A DNA stretch of 62,793 nt, filler included, from an uncultured bacterium (GTDB lineage: Bacteria; JAGOEH01): NCBI GenBank assembly GCA_964632485.1. It is 2 parts of 2 records of this genome, joined end to end, with 100 filler letters (N's around TTAATTAATTAA, not from the genome) between each part and the next. Parts side by side here need not be neighbours in the genome. Positions count along the whole stretch, not along the records: positions 31,953 to 62,793 come from CAZWDO010000033.1; 1 more part is not named here. One strand, 5' to 3'. Shown here piece by piece: positions 62,401 to 62,793 of the stretch; position 1 is the first letter of the stretch, and each line of letters opens with the position of its first letter. Below the pieces are notes generated by a model. That model searched no databases. It saw nothing but the letters and a program-made list of their open reading frames with translations, and was not told the origin of the DNA. Both the position numbers and the translations under genes were made by a program.

Positions 62401-62793
62401 CGAGGCCTTTCTCGTGAAACCGGTAAGCCCTTCCACTCTTTTGGATACCATCGGCATGATCTATAATCCTCATTTGAGCAGCCATCCCAATCTGGAACGT
62501 AAATACTGGAATGAGGATGTGTCGGAATTGGTCAAGGATATCCGTGGCGCCAGGATTCTTCTGGCCGAGGATAACGACCTGAATCAGCAGGTGGCCATCG
62601 AGTTGCTGGAAGGAGCCGGCATATCGGTTACGTTAGCCGTGGACGGCGCGGATGCAGTCAGAAAGATGTTGCCGTCGTTTCACGCGGTGCTGATGGATAT
62701 CCAGATGCCGATAATGGATGGATATGAAGCGACGCGGTTGATTCGCGCCAATCACCAGTTCGACGGAATCCCCATCATTGCCATGACTGCCAA
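59441..62793 (+). CDS. Membrane-bound hybrid sensor histidine kinase (TM-PASx3-HisKA-HATPase-REC-REC), runs off the window
   Basis: Absent from the ORF track because there is no stop. ATG 59441 is in frame with [18 protein letters not shown] (~61370), [34 protein letters not shown] and MDIQMP. Confidence 0.92.
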   Translation, partial: MESERNMIEFSRHIKLDEKSDALFAREIASVNFKRCRILVPVLAALFSLLLALDFFYYTHGKWITQGYRELFYVHLTGALFLISLIPLLYFRFPSIELIVLHRITVIGFSFIMILTSVFSSLADQYLNGQISAYVVMAFGLGASMLFRVRESLAAYGAAALLFFGLLGQVQNSSAILASHYVNGGILTILGWVLSRIIYAGYRQNFIKEMLIREQHENIQDLDEKVRHSEMERHQLFEKSPIGIFRSTVEGDVLMANPSLLAFLGYDSLTDINRIGLVNFYADADDRIRFWEKLQAGPVSGFETAFRVDGGSVIQVSISGFLVYGKNGDPLYLEGTVENITERKQAELALQASEEKLKRIVDNLPQFISIYDLNLNPVYMSPSVFQMTGYTPEERLKMKLEEYITPGYIRELRRVLRDALTQERSPLRNLNLVITLELESIRKDGSIFPMEGTFTFLRNADGDPTGILALSADITARKKAEQAIRESERRLAEIIDFLPVATFVINSDRVVTAWNRGMEELTGAPAADMLGKDDYEYAIPFYGERRPILIDQVFLNSDIESVKQNYSQVTVKGVVLTGEAFTSKLGRNGKYLVASASPLFDANGRINGAIESIRDITELKSYENMLKDAKESAESANRLKSDFLANMSHEIRTPMNAIIGMSHLMLKTNLDTRQRDYLSKIDRAGHNLLQIIDDILDFSKIEAGKLDMEKAPFQLDEVMADLSTVLSVKAQEKGLEFIFDTHPDIPNRLIGDALRLNQVLVNLCSNAVKFTEKGEVIVSAKLLEKLEKKVRILFSVLDTGIGLAPDQIERLFRSFSQADSSTTRKYGGTGLGLSISRKLVEMMGGAFKVESELGKGSVFSFDAVFLIQDSQEAPTVKSHVEFIGKKVLIVDDNQSCRQIFMEMLQRLAFQADVCVSGENAIREIRRASSAGKPYELVFMDWKMPGMDGLEASRQIAADPAIDKKPTIIIVTAYCSEKLMEMVGQAGIEAFLVKPVSPSTLLDTIGMIYNPHLSSHPNLERKYWNEDVSELVKDIRGARILLAEDNDLNQQVAIELLEGAGISVTLAVDGADAVRKMLPSFHAVLMDIQMPIMDGYEATRLIRANHQFDGIPIIAMTA

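Overview
Bacterial genome window, most likely a metagenome-assembled FCB-superphylum organism such as KSB1 or Calditrichota. This is inferred from T9SS/FlgD-type C-terminal sorting domains, a PorV gene and a SusD-less TonB receptor locus. The window is not one contiguous molecule. There are 10-N gaps at 2834, 5241 and 56550, and a 44N-TTAATTAATTAA-44N concatenation linker at 31853-31952. The left part (1-31852) has a T9SS-sorted protein behind a ~1.5 kb non-coding region that carries a sigma54 promoter and phased palindromes, then an MFS transporter. A minus-strand locus follows: MtaA/UroD-like methyltransferase, corrinoid protein, TonB-dependent receptor, T9SS-CTD protein, lipoprotein, PorV and IPT lipoprotein. 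After it come housekeeping genes (ccsA/resB, peptidase-PD40-Omp85, PPIase, hpt, nnr, NYN protein, ppdK and others). The right part (31953-62793) is a heavily decayed accessory region. It holds Bro-N and RhuM remnants, an integron-like DJ-1/PfpI cassette with attC-like sites beside a possible integrase tail, IS630 and IS1634 remnants, and a double-AAA ATPase. It also holds PAS sensor kinases, ion/metal transporters, serine hydrolases, katG (apparently chimeric across a gap) and a hybrid kinase running off the end. Many genes there carry single nonsense, frameshift or deletion lesions.
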